64,000 bases of DNA from Callorhinchus milii (taxonomy: Eukaryota): contig NW_024704743.1 in assembly GCF_018977255.1 (NCBI RefSeq), positions 61,258,001 to 61,322,000 on the forward strand, given 5' to 3'. A program made the position numbers and the translations under genes. A model generated the notes under the pieces. The model ran no database searches and was not told the DNA's origin. It saw nothing but the letters and a program-made list of their open reading frames with translations. How positions within the stretch are numbered: the first letter of the stretch is position 1; every line of letters starts with the position of its first letter. Shown in pieces: positions 1 to 11,257 of this stretch.

Positions 1-289
1 AGTTAGTTTGCTGATTATTTTAAATTACTACTGGCTAATAAGATGTGCTTGTCAGAGGTTTACTGGAAAAATAATGAAATATTGACAAATTATAAATATT
101 TTATAAGTAACCTAAGGTAGGTCCTCTAAAGTCACAGAAAAAGCAACTGAGATTATTAGTACCAAACCAAAAGAGGCTGCTTTCAATTATATCTCTTCCT
201 GTGCCACAGACAGCTTTACTGCCTGCTCTATTCAGTGAAAGGGAGAGAATGCTGTGGCTTATATCTGCCTCATTAGAGCAGCACTACAT

Positions 290-662
290 GCCAGCCAGGG
301 CAACAGCACACGCCAGCCAGGGCAACAGCACACGCCAGCCAGGGCAACAGCACACGCCAGCCAGGGCAACAGCACACGCCAGCCAGGGCAACAGCACACA
401 CCAGCCAGGGCAACAGCACACGCCAGCCAGGGCAACAGCACACGTCAGCCAGGGCAACAGCACACGCCAGCCAGGGCAACAGCACACGTCAGCCAGGGTA
501 ACAGTACAAACCAGCCATGGAAATACCACACCCAACCAGGGGAACACCACACGCCAGCCAGGGGAACAGCACACACCAGCCAAGGCAACAACACACGCTA
601 GCCAGGGGAACAGCACATGCCAGCCATGGGAACAGCACACACCAGCCAGGACAACAGCACGT
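290..662. repeat. 22-bp minisatellite (GCCAGCCAGGGCAACAGCACAC), about 17 copies
   Basis: Units start at 290, 312, 334, 356, 378, 400 etc.; near-perfect on the left, degenerate after ~500; no spacers. Confidence 0.95.
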
Positions 663-1819
663 GTCAAGCCATTATGCTTAAGTCGGGATGGGTGGGGGGG
701 TGGGGGGGTCTGTTCAATTCCAAACCTGTTGAGAGCTAAACAAGTCAATAAGTTCAAATCCCAGTTTTGAGTCATTTAATGATTATCACTGACGATGATT
801 ATCGCCGGTGACAATGTTTAAATGGCAGCGTCTCTGTGTGGTAATGTGTATGATTATGGGTTAAGTGCTCTTTGTGGCTCTGTGTGATAAGGAGCTGCAG
901 GATTCTGCGCTGTTCAGTACATTTATCCAATTTCTTACTGTGCTTATAAATAGATGCACTGCAATATAAAAACAAGATCTGTTAAATGTAAACTAGAACT
1001 AAACATAGAAAATTACATTAAAGTTATTGGTAAACAGAACTGGCAAAACACACCAATCAGAGCAGAGTAACATTTTGCCTATATCAGTTAATGTATACAA
1101 TACAATTTACATAATGCCTTTCACGTCACGAGGACATCCCAAGGTGCTTAATGATGCTGAGTGGGAACCCGAGCTGGGCGAGGGAGTCCAGGCGGCAGGT
1201 TCAGGAAAGATGACTGAAAGTGCGGTTAAAGAGGTGGAACACACAGAGCAGAATAAAGCAACCCCTGCAATTTGTTTGTACTGTACAAGTCCTGGCTTTT
1301 GAATTCTCTTTTCTTTGTAGCACTTCAACTGCCTTAAACATGACAGTCACTAAATGCAAGTACAGATGCAAATGTCGGCACCTTTTCATCTTGGAAAGCT
1401 TCAAAAGGCAAGAGGACAAAGCAAGCAGCAGTCATGCCTTGCTGTGCCACACCACGCACACAAGCTACAAATCAATTCAGCTCTGAACCTTGTTGTAATA
1501 ACCCAATGACAGTCACAGCAGATCCCCACCATGTCGGAGAGTTGACACCTGCCATAGATATAGCAATGTTACAGTCGCAAAGTCCTTGAAAACAAATCTC
1601 CGTTTTTGTCACTGTGACTTTCTGATGAGTTAAATCAATTCATTTCTGTGACTAGCTTTCCGCGTTTCCCCTCAGTTTATTATCACATGGCTTCAGGAGG
1701 CCACACATATCACTACTTTACACCCAGATGACACACAGAACCAGGCTGCAGAAAATAGCAAACCCACAAAAATATTAATCCTTGCATAGCTCCTCATCAC
1801 ATTGTCTAAACATCTCATA

Positions 1820-1975
1820 GATACACAGAAACAGGAGTAGGCTACTCAGTCCCTCGAGCCTGTCCCACCACTCTATAAAATCACGGCTGATCTAAACCTC
1901 AAGTTCAGTTACGCGCCCTTGCCCCGTATCCCTTAATACCCTGACCTAACAAACATTTATCTACCTCCACCTTGA
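1820..1975 (-). mobile_element. CR1 LINE 3' end fragment
   Basis: Reverse complement resembles the 3' UTR of the CR1 copy ending at ~40897 (AATGGCCTACTCCTGTTTCTATG-like terminus). Confidence 0.65.
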
Positions 1976-2260
1976 ATCACTTCACAGGATTCACTGAAAT
2001 GTAATGACTGTGCATTTCATGGACACCATGGCACCCGATCTGTACACAATGTCACACAAACAGCCATGAAGTGAATGACACATTTTATTTGGGGGAATTT
2101 ATAGGCCAGAACACCGGGAGTAACTCCCTTCTCTTTTTTCAAAGATGGTGCCATTGGAGCCTTACCATTCACCTGAAGAGGCGGAAAGGTCGTTGGTTTA
2201 ACTTCTCAACTGAAGGACGGCACCCGCAGCATTGCATTGGAGTGTCAGCTCTAACAGCTC
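1975..2260 (-). mobile_element. Degenerate Deu-domain SINE fragment
   Basis: Reverse complement contains GTGCCGTCCTTCAGTTGAGAAGTTAAACC and AAGAGAAGGGAGTTACTCCCGGTGTTCTGGCC, as in the copies at 18159 and 20980. Confidence 0.7.
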
Positions 2261-2958
2261 GAAGTCTTAACTGACCCAGGTTGACATTACCAGGAAAGAT
2301 CTCTTCTCGAGCCTGTCAATCATATGCACCTGACCCCATCACTGGCTGGCTAGTTAGTCAGAGAAATCATTATAGCACTCCTGACTGAAATATCAATATG
2401 TGCTGTCTGACGGCAACATTCTTCACCACATATGGATACATTAGTGGAGGTGGCCAGTGATCATAGCTGCTGTGAATACCATCATTTAATGATAACGGTA
2501 TGGGTATGAGTATGAGTGCCAGACTCATATTTTAGAATTACCCCTGCCCTGAGAGGCACTTGCAGATCATTTCTCTCTTTAACACTGATGCCCTCGACAT
2601 AGAACACCCATAAGATGGAAATTTGTCATGAGATATAGCACAAACGTGTCATAGGAACACAAATGCAGATTTCATAGGATATCAAATAAGATCATTTCAA
2701 ACAAATGAATCATGCACCTTGTAGCTGGGAGGGAAGCGAGTTTCAAGCAAGTTGAAAGTATTGCAGGATTACTGTAAGATAGTGCAGTGTAAGCTTGAAT
2801 AGAGTATGTGAGGCTATTTGATTTCTACCTTCAAAATAGATCAGTGTTTAGAGCTGTCATTTTGGGTCTAAAGACATATCTTCAAAGACTCTTTAACCAG
2901 AACAAGTTTCCTCTTCTATTTTCTGTTAGAAAATCTTCTAAGCCCTTCAGCTTGAACC

Positions 2959-3075
2959 CCTCTCAGCTTGTCCCTTACCTCAACCCAGCCTGTCCGCTCA
3001 GCCTTTATTCCTCCCAGCATATCCCTTATCTCAGCCCTTCCTGTACCCTCAATCTTTACTCCTCTCAGCATGTCC
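2959..3075. repeat. Degenerate 51-bp tandem repeat, about 2.3 copies
   Basis: Units at 2959, 3010 and 3061 (CCTCTCAGC..TCCCTTA.CTCA.CCC..CCTGT); visible as a 17-aa repeat in the ORF track. Confidence 0.75.
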
Positions 3076-3250
3076 TCTAAGTCTGAGCTCCTCGCAGTTT
3101 ACTCTCCTGCTTTCTCCAGCTCAGCTGAAAGTGAGAGGAGTGAGGCCGAATGTAATCTAATCCTATCATGTTTCCGTGGCTCATGTTAGAAAAAATTAGG
3201 AAGATGAAAACAATTTTATGAAATGGTTTTGGCAATAATGGGGCAAGTAA

Positions 3251-3412
3251 TAATATTAACCCTTGCATTTGATTTATTGCCATAGACGTCTCAAAGCGCT
3301 TCACAGAACATACTGTAAAGTGAATTGACTGTATATTTTGCTGGTGAATCACAGCAGCCAATTGCACACAGCAGTGTCCCACAAACAGTCGTGGAATCTG
3401 TGACCAAACCAT

Positions 3413-3449
<37 letters not shown>

Positions 3450-3806
3450 TAATCCTTGCGCCTTATCACATCTTCAAAACGTCTCAAAGTGCTTCACAAA
3501 ATATACTGTAAAGTGAATTGACTGTGTATTTTGTGGGCAAAACGTGGCAGCCAATAGCGCACAGCACTTCCCACAAACAGTCATGGATTGAAGTGACCAA
3601 TTTATTATTATTTTTTTTGAAGGATTTATTCTCCCCAGAAAAGAGATCCATCTGCCAATTGACTAACAACCGGGTTCCTACTTATGCTAGGTAAATAGAG
3701 GCAGGTGGAGTAAAGAAACTTGCCTAACATTTCATCCTGTCCGGGAATGGAACCCAGGTCTCTTGCTTGCGAAGTGAGTGCTCTAACCACTGAGCTATAG
3801 GACTCC
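3251..3806 (-). mobile_element. Full-length young tRNA-derived SINE (3412-3806) followed head-to-tail by a 5'-truncated copy (3251-3411)
   Basis: Minus strand GGAGTCCTATAGCTCAGTGGTTAGAGC (A box) ... GGGTTCCATTCC (B box), family body, (ATT)n tail at ~3412-3450. Confidence 0.9.
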
Positions 3807-4249
3807 AGGTATGCCTCCTTCTGTCTGTAAATTTCTACGATTCCATGATTATAATCCACTTAGCAATCAACCAAAATTTAGTTCATTTATCCAAACCCTT
3901 TACCACCCCCCCACCTTCTGTACAAGCCCTCTCCCCCCACATACATACACCTGTACAAGCCCTCTCCCCCTCCACATACACACACCTGTACAGACCTCGA
4001 CACTGAGGTCACTTGATTGTTCACTTTTGATGTTAACATATTACTCTACAGTTTTATAAACTGCAAACTAAATGTGATTTGAGTAATTGTTAAAGTAGCT
4101 GGTGTAACATCAGTAGGAAAGACAATGGTACTTTATAGGCACATTATCGGTATTACTTTAAGAAGCAGTCAATAAGATATCAGCTTGGTGCAGAGACCAT
4201 ATGACGTAAGGCGTTCACTGGAGTTAATATGCCTGGACTTTTAGAGGGC

Positions 4250-4620
4250 AAATGACAAGGTTCCACACACAAGGCCTCTACAGATGATGATGTGATATGG
4301 AATTAATGACAATAGGAAGCAGAAGTAGATGATGAATAGATAAGTCTGTGCCTGGATAACAAGTGAGTGGAGTTCACAAGGGCATGGATGTCTGGAACTT
4401 TTATTGTGCATAAATGATGTGGAGTCATGACAGGCTTTCGAGGCAGGAAATCAATGCTAATGAGACTCAAAGGCATCTGAACAAATTAAACCAGTGGACC
4501 AAGGAATGGCAGATAATGTTTCACCTGGAAGAATACAGCACAGGAAAAATGAAACATGAATACAGTAGAAGGTGGAAAGCAGTTGAGAATGGGTTATTCA
4601 TAAACAGCATCTCCAAGTAG
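4250..4620 (+). mobile_element. Highly degenerate CR1 RT fragment
   Basis: Relic peptides such as QRHLNKLNQWTKEWQIMF, resembling the CR1 LQxDLDxLxxWAxxWQMxFN motif. Confidence 0.55.
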
Positions 4621-5277
4621 TAAATATTTGAGTCTGTGCTCCACTGACCCACAGGAGCTCTGTTCCAATGTGAGCTGTTTCTGGCGCGGAGTTCCTGCAG
4701 GTTGGCAGGTTGTGCCTCTGGTTACAGGCAGGGGTCACATTGTGCAAATTAGTTTTGCAAATATCACATTTTAAGCACCGATGTGGTGTGATTGTGAGAA
4801 TACACTGAAAGTGGGGAGACAGTACAAGGCCGTTGTCACCAAAGATAAATCAAATGCTGCGATCTACCTCGAAAGCACTTGATCACAAGTCAAACCAGAT
4901 TATTGTATCCCTTTAGCAAGCCAGGTTGTAGAATTGTAAAACTTACTTCAAAGAATTATAGCTTTTACAGCTTAGGAAGAGGTCAAGCAGCCCATGGTGT
5001 TAGCACTTCCACTGAAACTAACTAATCTAATACTGATTCCCTGCTTCCTGACCCTGTAAATGGTTATTAATGTATTGGAAGAAATTGAAAGGTGAATAAC
5101 AATTTTGAGAATCAAATGATAAGCTGTGCTGTGCTACATACATGAGCATCTTCTCACTGGAGAAATGTAGATTGAGACATTTTTGAAATGCTGTAAGAAT
5201 TGACTAAGTTGTATGGCACATAAATCTTTCGGATAAGATGTTAAACTAATGTCTGGAAAAAAAACGGTGAATAAATA

Positions 5278-6991
5278 CAACAACAACAACAAGATTCCAT
5301 TTATAAAGCGCCTTTCACGTCAGGAGGACGTCCCAAGGCGCTGCACAGTTGGGTCATGACCCGAGCAGGGGGGAAATGGTCAGGGTGAGGGGAGGGAAGG
5401 GAGGGAGCGAGGGGGGGGGGAATGGTCAGGGTGAGGGGAGGGAAGGGAGGGAGCGAGGAGGTGGGAAATGGTCAGGGTGAGGGGAGGGAGGGAGCGAGAA
5501 GGGGAAGAGAGTCGAGAGGGGAGCTGAAGGCTCGGTCAAAGAGAAAGGTTTTGAGACCGGCCTTGAAGGAGGAGAGGGAGGAAGCAAGGCGAAGGCACTG
5601 GGGGATAGAGTTCCAGAGCCTCGGGGCTGAGAGGCTGAAGGCCCGACCACCGATGGTAGGGCGGTTGGGGCGGGGGACGTGGAGCAGACCGGAGCCAGAG
5701 GAACGGAGGGTACGGGCAGGTAGGTAGGGGGATAGTAGGTCGGAGAGGTAGGAGGGAGCGAGGCCGTGAATGGCCTTGTAGGTGAGGATGAGGATCTTGA
5801 AATCAATCCTCTGGGGGATGGGGAGCCAGTGGAGGCGAGCGAGGGTGGGAGTGATGTGGTCCCGAAGCCTGGTGCGGGACAGTACACGAGCTGCAGAGTT
5901 CTGAATGACCTGCAGCTTGTGGAGGGAGGTGGCGGGAAGGCCGGCGAGGAGAGAGTTCCCATAGTCCAGCCTTGAGGTGACAAAGGCGTGAACCAGGGTT
6001 TCAGCAGCGTGAGGGGTGAGGTAATGCCGTAGTCTGGCGATGTTCCGGAGGTGATGGAAGGCGGTGCCAGTTGTGGTGCGGATGTGAGGGAGAAAGGACA
6101 GCTCAGGGTCGAACAAAACGCCGAGGTTCCTGACTGGCTTTGAGAGGTGGAGAGTGCAGCCTTGGATGCTGATGGTGTCGGCGCCTGAGGTGCGGAGGCG
6201 CTGACGTGAGCCAATCAGGAGGGCCTCGGTTTTTCGCACGTTGAGCTGAAGAAAGTTGTCTCTCGTCCAGGACTCGATGTCGGACAGGCAGCTGTCAGGA
6301 CATCGGTGGTCGTGGAGTTGAGAGTAGAGGAGGAAAGGTAGAGTTGGGTATCATCCGCATACATGTGGAAGTTAACTCCATGTCTGCGGATGATGTCACC
6401 AAGGGGGAGCATATAGAGGGTGAAGAGGAGGGGACCGAGGACAGAGCCCTGAGGGACACCACATGAGACAGTACGGGGGGTGGAGGAGAAGCCATTCGTC
6501 GAGACAAAGTGAAGACGGTGAGAAAGGTACGACCTAAACCACTCAAGGACAGTGCCTTGAAGGTTGAGGTGGGAGGACAAGCGGTGGAGTAGGATAGCGT
6601 GGTCGACCGTATCGAATGCTGCCGATAGGTCGAGGAGGACGAGGAGGCAGAGGGAGCCCTGGTCACAGATGGTCAGGATATCATTGGTGACCTTGACCAG
6701 GGCAGTTTCTGTGCTATGGGCAGCACGGAAACCTGACTGAAGGGGTTCGAAAAGAGAATGGGTGGAAAGGAAAGAGCGCAGTTGGGAGGCGACAACTCTT
6801 TCCAGGACCTTGGAGAGAAAGGGGAGGTTGGAGATGGGCCGGTAGCTTGATAGCTGCGACGCATCAAGGGAGGGTTTTTTCAGGGTGGGCGTGATGGTGG
6901 CAGTTTTTAAGGGAATGGGGACAGAGCCAGAGGAGAGGGATAGGTTGATGATGTCGGTGATATGGGATAGGTTGATGATGTCGGTGATATG
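5278..6991 (-). mobile_element. Young 5'-truncated L2-clade LINE (RT domain, C-terminus, 3' UTR, (TTG)n tail)
   Basis: [75 protein letters not shown]. Frame is open except for one apparent 1-bp frameshift near 6291. Confidence 0.96.
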
Positions 6992-7164
6992 ACTTCTCTT
7001 TTATTTAGTTATTATTTCTTGTTATGATATTCCTGACTCCTTCCGGATGGCTGACCAGCATTAAGGATTAAATATTCCAATGATTAAAGTGGCCAGCAAA
7101 AGTCTAGCAATGTTCATCAATATGTATGACAAATGTCAAACCCAAGACACAGGAGACAACCAAA

Positions 7165-9118
7165 TAAAATATAGGAAGTGCAGAAAAGGTTTGAAAAAGG
7201 AAATAGAGGGGCAGAAAGATTATATGAAAAAAGGTTAGCGAGTAACATTAAAGGGAATTCTAAAATATTTTACAAACATATCAAGAAAAAAAGGTTAGTC
7301 AAAGGTAGGGTGTGGCCAATTAAGGACCAAGGGAGATATCTTATTGTGGAGGCAGAGACTGACGTACTGAATGAGTACTTCGCATCTGTCTTCACAAAAG
7401 AAGTGGATGCACCAAATGCCGCAGTATCGGAGGAGAGGGTAGAGGAAATGGATAGGATAAGTATAAACAGAGAGGAAGTACTGAAAAGGTTGACTGCGCT
7501 GAAGGTAGATAAGCTGCCCGGTCCGGACAGGATGCAACCAAGTTTACTATGGGAGGCACGGGTACAAATAGCGGAGGCTTTGGCTACAATTTTTCAATCT
7601 TCGTTGGACACAGGGGTGGTGCTAGAGGACTGGAGAGTGGCCAATATGACTCCCCTGTACAAAAAGGGACAGAAGGACAACCCTAGGAACTACAGGCCAG
7701 TCAGCCTAACATCAGTAGTGGGGAAACTCCTGGAGACTATAATCCGGGACAGAATAAATCTTCACTTAGAAGAATATGGGTTAATTAGGGACAGCCAGCA
7801 CAGATTTGTTAAAAGCAAATCTTGTCTAACAAATCTAATAGAATTTTTCGATGAGGTAACGGAGAGGGTGGATAAAGGTAGTGCAGTTGATGTAGTATAT
7901 ATGGACTTTCAAAAGGCATTTGACAAAGTGCCAATTGAAAGACTTGTAAGAAAGATAGAAGCCCATGGTATCAAAGGGACAGTGGCAGCATGGATCCAGA
8001 ACGGGCTGGGAGACAGAAAGCAGAGAGTTGTGGTGAACAATGGCTTTTCTGACTGGAGGGAAGTGTACAATGGCATACCCCAGGGATTGGTATTAGGAGC
8101 ACTGCTCTTCTTAATATACATAAATGATCTGGACTTGGGTATAGCAAGTACCATTTCCAAGTTTGCGGATGACACAAAGTTAGGTAGGGTAGTAAACAGT
8201 GAGAAGGATAGTAGCCAACTGCAGGAAGACATAGACAGAATGGTAAAATGGGCAGACACATGGCAGATGAATTTCAATGTGGAGAAATACCCTCCGTTCC
8301 TCTGGCTCCGGTCTGCTCCACATCCCCCACCCCAACCGCCCTACCATCGGTGGCCGGGCCTTCAGCCTCTCAGCCCCGAGGCTCTGGAACTCTATTCCCC
8401 AGTGCCTTCGCCGCTTTCTCCTTTTCCTCCTTCAAGGCTGGTCTCAAGACCTTTCTCTTTGACCGTGCCTTCAGCTCCCCTCTCGACTCTCTACCCCTCC
8501 TCGCTCCCTCCCTTCCCTCCCCTCACCCTGACCATTTCCCCCCTGCTCGGGTCCTGACCCAACTGTCCAGCGCCTTGGGACGTCCTCCCGATGTGAAAGG
8601 CGCTCTATAAATGAAATCTTGTTGTTGGTGTTGTTGTTGTTACGAGGATGGTACCAGGAATGAGGGACCTTGATTATAAGGAAAGGCTAGTGAGGCTGGG
8701 ATTATTCTCATTGGAGCAGAGAAGGTTACGAGGAGACCTAATAGAGGTCTTCAAAATCATGAGGGGATTTGATAGGCTAGAAAGGGAAAAACTGTTTCCA
8801 CTGGTGGGTGTGTCGGTGACTTGAGGTCACAGATTCAAAATAGTCTCTAAAAGAAGCAGAGGGGCGGTGAGAAGAAACTTTTTCACGCAGCGAGCTGTTC
8901 AAATTTGGAATTCATTGCCTGAAAGGGTGGTCGAGACAGATTCGATAACTACTTTTAAAAACGCGATGGACAGGTATTTGAGGAGGACGGGTTTGCAGGG
9001 TTATGGGGAAACGGCTGGGGAGTGGGATTGACAATACATTGCTCTTTTCAAAGAGCCGGCACAGACTCTATGGGCCGAATGGCCTCTTTTTGTACTGTAT
9101 GATTCTATGATTCTATGA
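7165..9118 (+). mobile_element. 5'-truncated CR1 LINE interrupted by an L2 3' fragment
   Basis: NYRPVSLTSVVGKLLE, KSCLTNLIEFF, VYMDFQKAFDKVP, GIPQGLVLG, KFADDTKLG, WQMNFNVEK; resumes at ~8641 and ends in (ATTCTATG)n at ~9099-9118. Confidence 0.95.
8288..8640 (+). mobile_element. L2 3' end nested in CR1
   Basis: Near-identical to the reverse complement of 5278-5711; (TTG)n tail. Confidence 0.93.
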
Positions 9119-9785
9119 ATAAATTGATAGATATTTGCCATATTAAAAGTATTAGATACATCGCTTGGTTTCCTAGATGGCCATTCTCATGGTGTGAAAT
9201 AAAACAAAGGAATGCCCTGCAAGTTACATCAATAAAATCCACTGTCACTGTGTCCAGTGTTGATTGAATATTTTGCCTGCTTCTTCCTTTATCTCAGGTT
9301 TGTGAGTTGGCTGGTAACCTTCTCTTGCAACAAACCTCAATTTGATTATCTTCTTGATGTTTACGCTATAGAAATCACATACCCAGAAAAAAAATCAAAC
9401 CTATTGGGCCTTGTTATTGCTTCAGACCTTCTTTGGGATTTCATGTTCTATTTGTGTCTCCATGAATGTCAGAGTGTTGCCAATAAGAGAATGCAGCCAT
9501 GGGGAAAATAAACCCGATGTCCAAACTGGTACTAATCTTTAGGATAATGCATCCAGAGACGTACATGCCAGTTGAAAATTGGAATGCTAACTGCAGCCAA
9601 GAGCATTTTGAGCAGCATCAGAACAAAGAGATAAACTGTTGTAGTTTGGGGCAATCATAATTTAAATGACCAGCAAAATATGGCTACACATCAAAAATTA
9701 TTTGTACGTCACAGATGCCTATTGACTGCTTCTGCTTTCAAATGTGCTTGAATTTTCCCAGGACAATATAGACAGATGCTCGTAC

Positions 9786-9915
9786 CTTTTCCATCTGTGA
9801 AATTGCGTGTACTCAGGATGTTGTTGAGCTCCTGCATGTGGTTTTGTTTAATGTACTGGCTCTTTTCCGGTGTATCTTGTAGCTGCATTGTAACCTCTTC
9901 AAGCTCTTTGTCAAG
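9786..9915 (-). CDS. GABBR2: GABA-B receptor subunit 2, exon equivalent to human exon 17 (coiled-coil end)
   Basis: cag|CTTGAC...AAAG|gtacga; 130 nt; [43 protein letters not shown] matches human [34 protein letters not shown]. Confidence 0.96.
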
Positions 9916-10339
9916 CTGTAAAGGGAGACATTACAGTCTGAATGAGTACAGCTTAATTTCAATTGCAGTAATCCTATGTGTTTGTGTGAGGAACCGATAT
10001 GATCTAGTAAAGCAAAGAGAATTGCCAAGTGTCTGATGTCTTTAAGGAACACGACTGCAAATTATACCAGGTCCAAAACTTGGAATTTTTCTGTTCTTCA
10101 GAATGATTCAAAGATTCAGTGCTCTACTCTCATCATGTTTTGTGCTGCAGTTGAGCTAGATAATTGCATTGCCTGGTTGAGATTAAACATCCTGTTCATT
10201 GGACATCACCAGCAAACAAAGTGTACTAGGACTGATTTGAAATCACTGGCAATCAATCAGCAGGAAGGAAATAAACCTTGCCCTTGAAGCAAAGTCTCTC
10301 TTCACTTTCTTGCCATTAACATTCATCATGTTATTGTGG

Positions 10340-10660
10340 TTTCAGCCTGGCTCAGTAGGGAGCTGAGTCATAAGATGGTGGGTTCAAACCCCTTGATAGG
10401 ACCTTGAATTCACAGTTCAGGCTGACACTCCAAAGCAGTGATGGAGGAGCACTGTATCGGTGGATAGATGCTAAACTGAGGTCTAGTCTTCCTGTACAGG
10501 CACTTCATTGCTGTTTGTGAGATAATGCTGTGCACAAATTGTCTGTGGCATTTGCCTACATATATGCAGTTACTACACTTTAGATAGCATCCTGTGACGT
10601 ACTTTGCAATGTTTTGACAATGTGATAAGGAGCAAAATTAACTGTAAGCATTATTGTTAT
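10340..10660 (+). mobile_element. Degenerate Deu-domain tRNA-SINE
   Basis: TCAGCCTGGCTCAGTAGG head, GGTTCAAACCCC B box, GCTGACACTCC, GCTGTTTGTGAGA..TGCTGTGCACAAATTG body. Confidence 0.7.
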
Positions 10661-10767
10661 GTGTAGATTGTATGTTTAAAAATAAATTTTAATGCTGGGC
10701 ATTCTTTTTCCAAATCTTGCTTATTGGTTGTGAAGACATTTTCTCTGACCTCCTCTTTCATTCTTCT

Positions 10768-11052
10768 TAATAATAATAATAATCCTTGCATTTGATGTCA
10801 CGCCTTATCACATCTTCGAAACTTCTCAAAGCACTTCACAGAATATACTGTAAAGTGAACTGATTGTATATTTTGTGGCGAAATGCGGCAGCCAATTGCA
10901 CATAGCAGTGTCCCACAAACAGTCATGGATTCAGTGACCAAATTATAATAAATAATAATAATCCTTGCATTTGATATAGCGCCTTATCATGTCGTGAAGA
11001 CATCTCAAATCACTTCAAAGGATATACTGTAAAGTGGATTGACTGTGTATTT
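10768..11052 (-). mobile_element. Two tandem 5'-truncated SINE 3' ends
   Basis: Two (AAT)nCCTTGCATTTGAT starts at ~10768 and ~10946, each followed by family 3' body. Confidence 0.85.
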
Positions 11053-11257
11053 TTAAATTATTGTCAATGTCTAGTTAAAAAAAAGCCCCAGAAATTCAGC
11101 ATTGATTTCCGATTGAGATCCTTCTTGCTGAAGTCCATAAACTCACAAACTGGAATTCTCCAGACCACAGCTGGTTTTAGTTCTAACAGTTTCTAATGAG
11201 AAAATGGGAGAAACAAAGAAAATAGTTAGCAAAAATGGTTGAACACAAAATAAATAC

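Noticed and set aside
290..662. CRISPR-like array or repetitive protein ORFs (201-770, 284-775)
   Set aside because: Units are contiguous without unique spacers, there are no cas genes, and the context is vertebrate. The ORFs arise because the 22-bp unit lacks stops.
1621..1645. Other CTGATGA hammerhead-like cores (also ~26190, 39930, 48741)
   Set aside because: No helix II followed by GAAA at a suitable distance.
4205..4235. Possible GABBR2 exon 18 (minus-strand HINSSERL resembling DINSPEHI)
   Set aside because: Weak match and no flanking homology or suitable splice sites; the downstream exons probably lie left of the window.
7178..8557. 459-aa ORF as a host gene or novel RT system
   Set aside because: It is a truncated CR1 RT read into an out-of-frame L2 tail, with no endonuclease domain and a GTG start.
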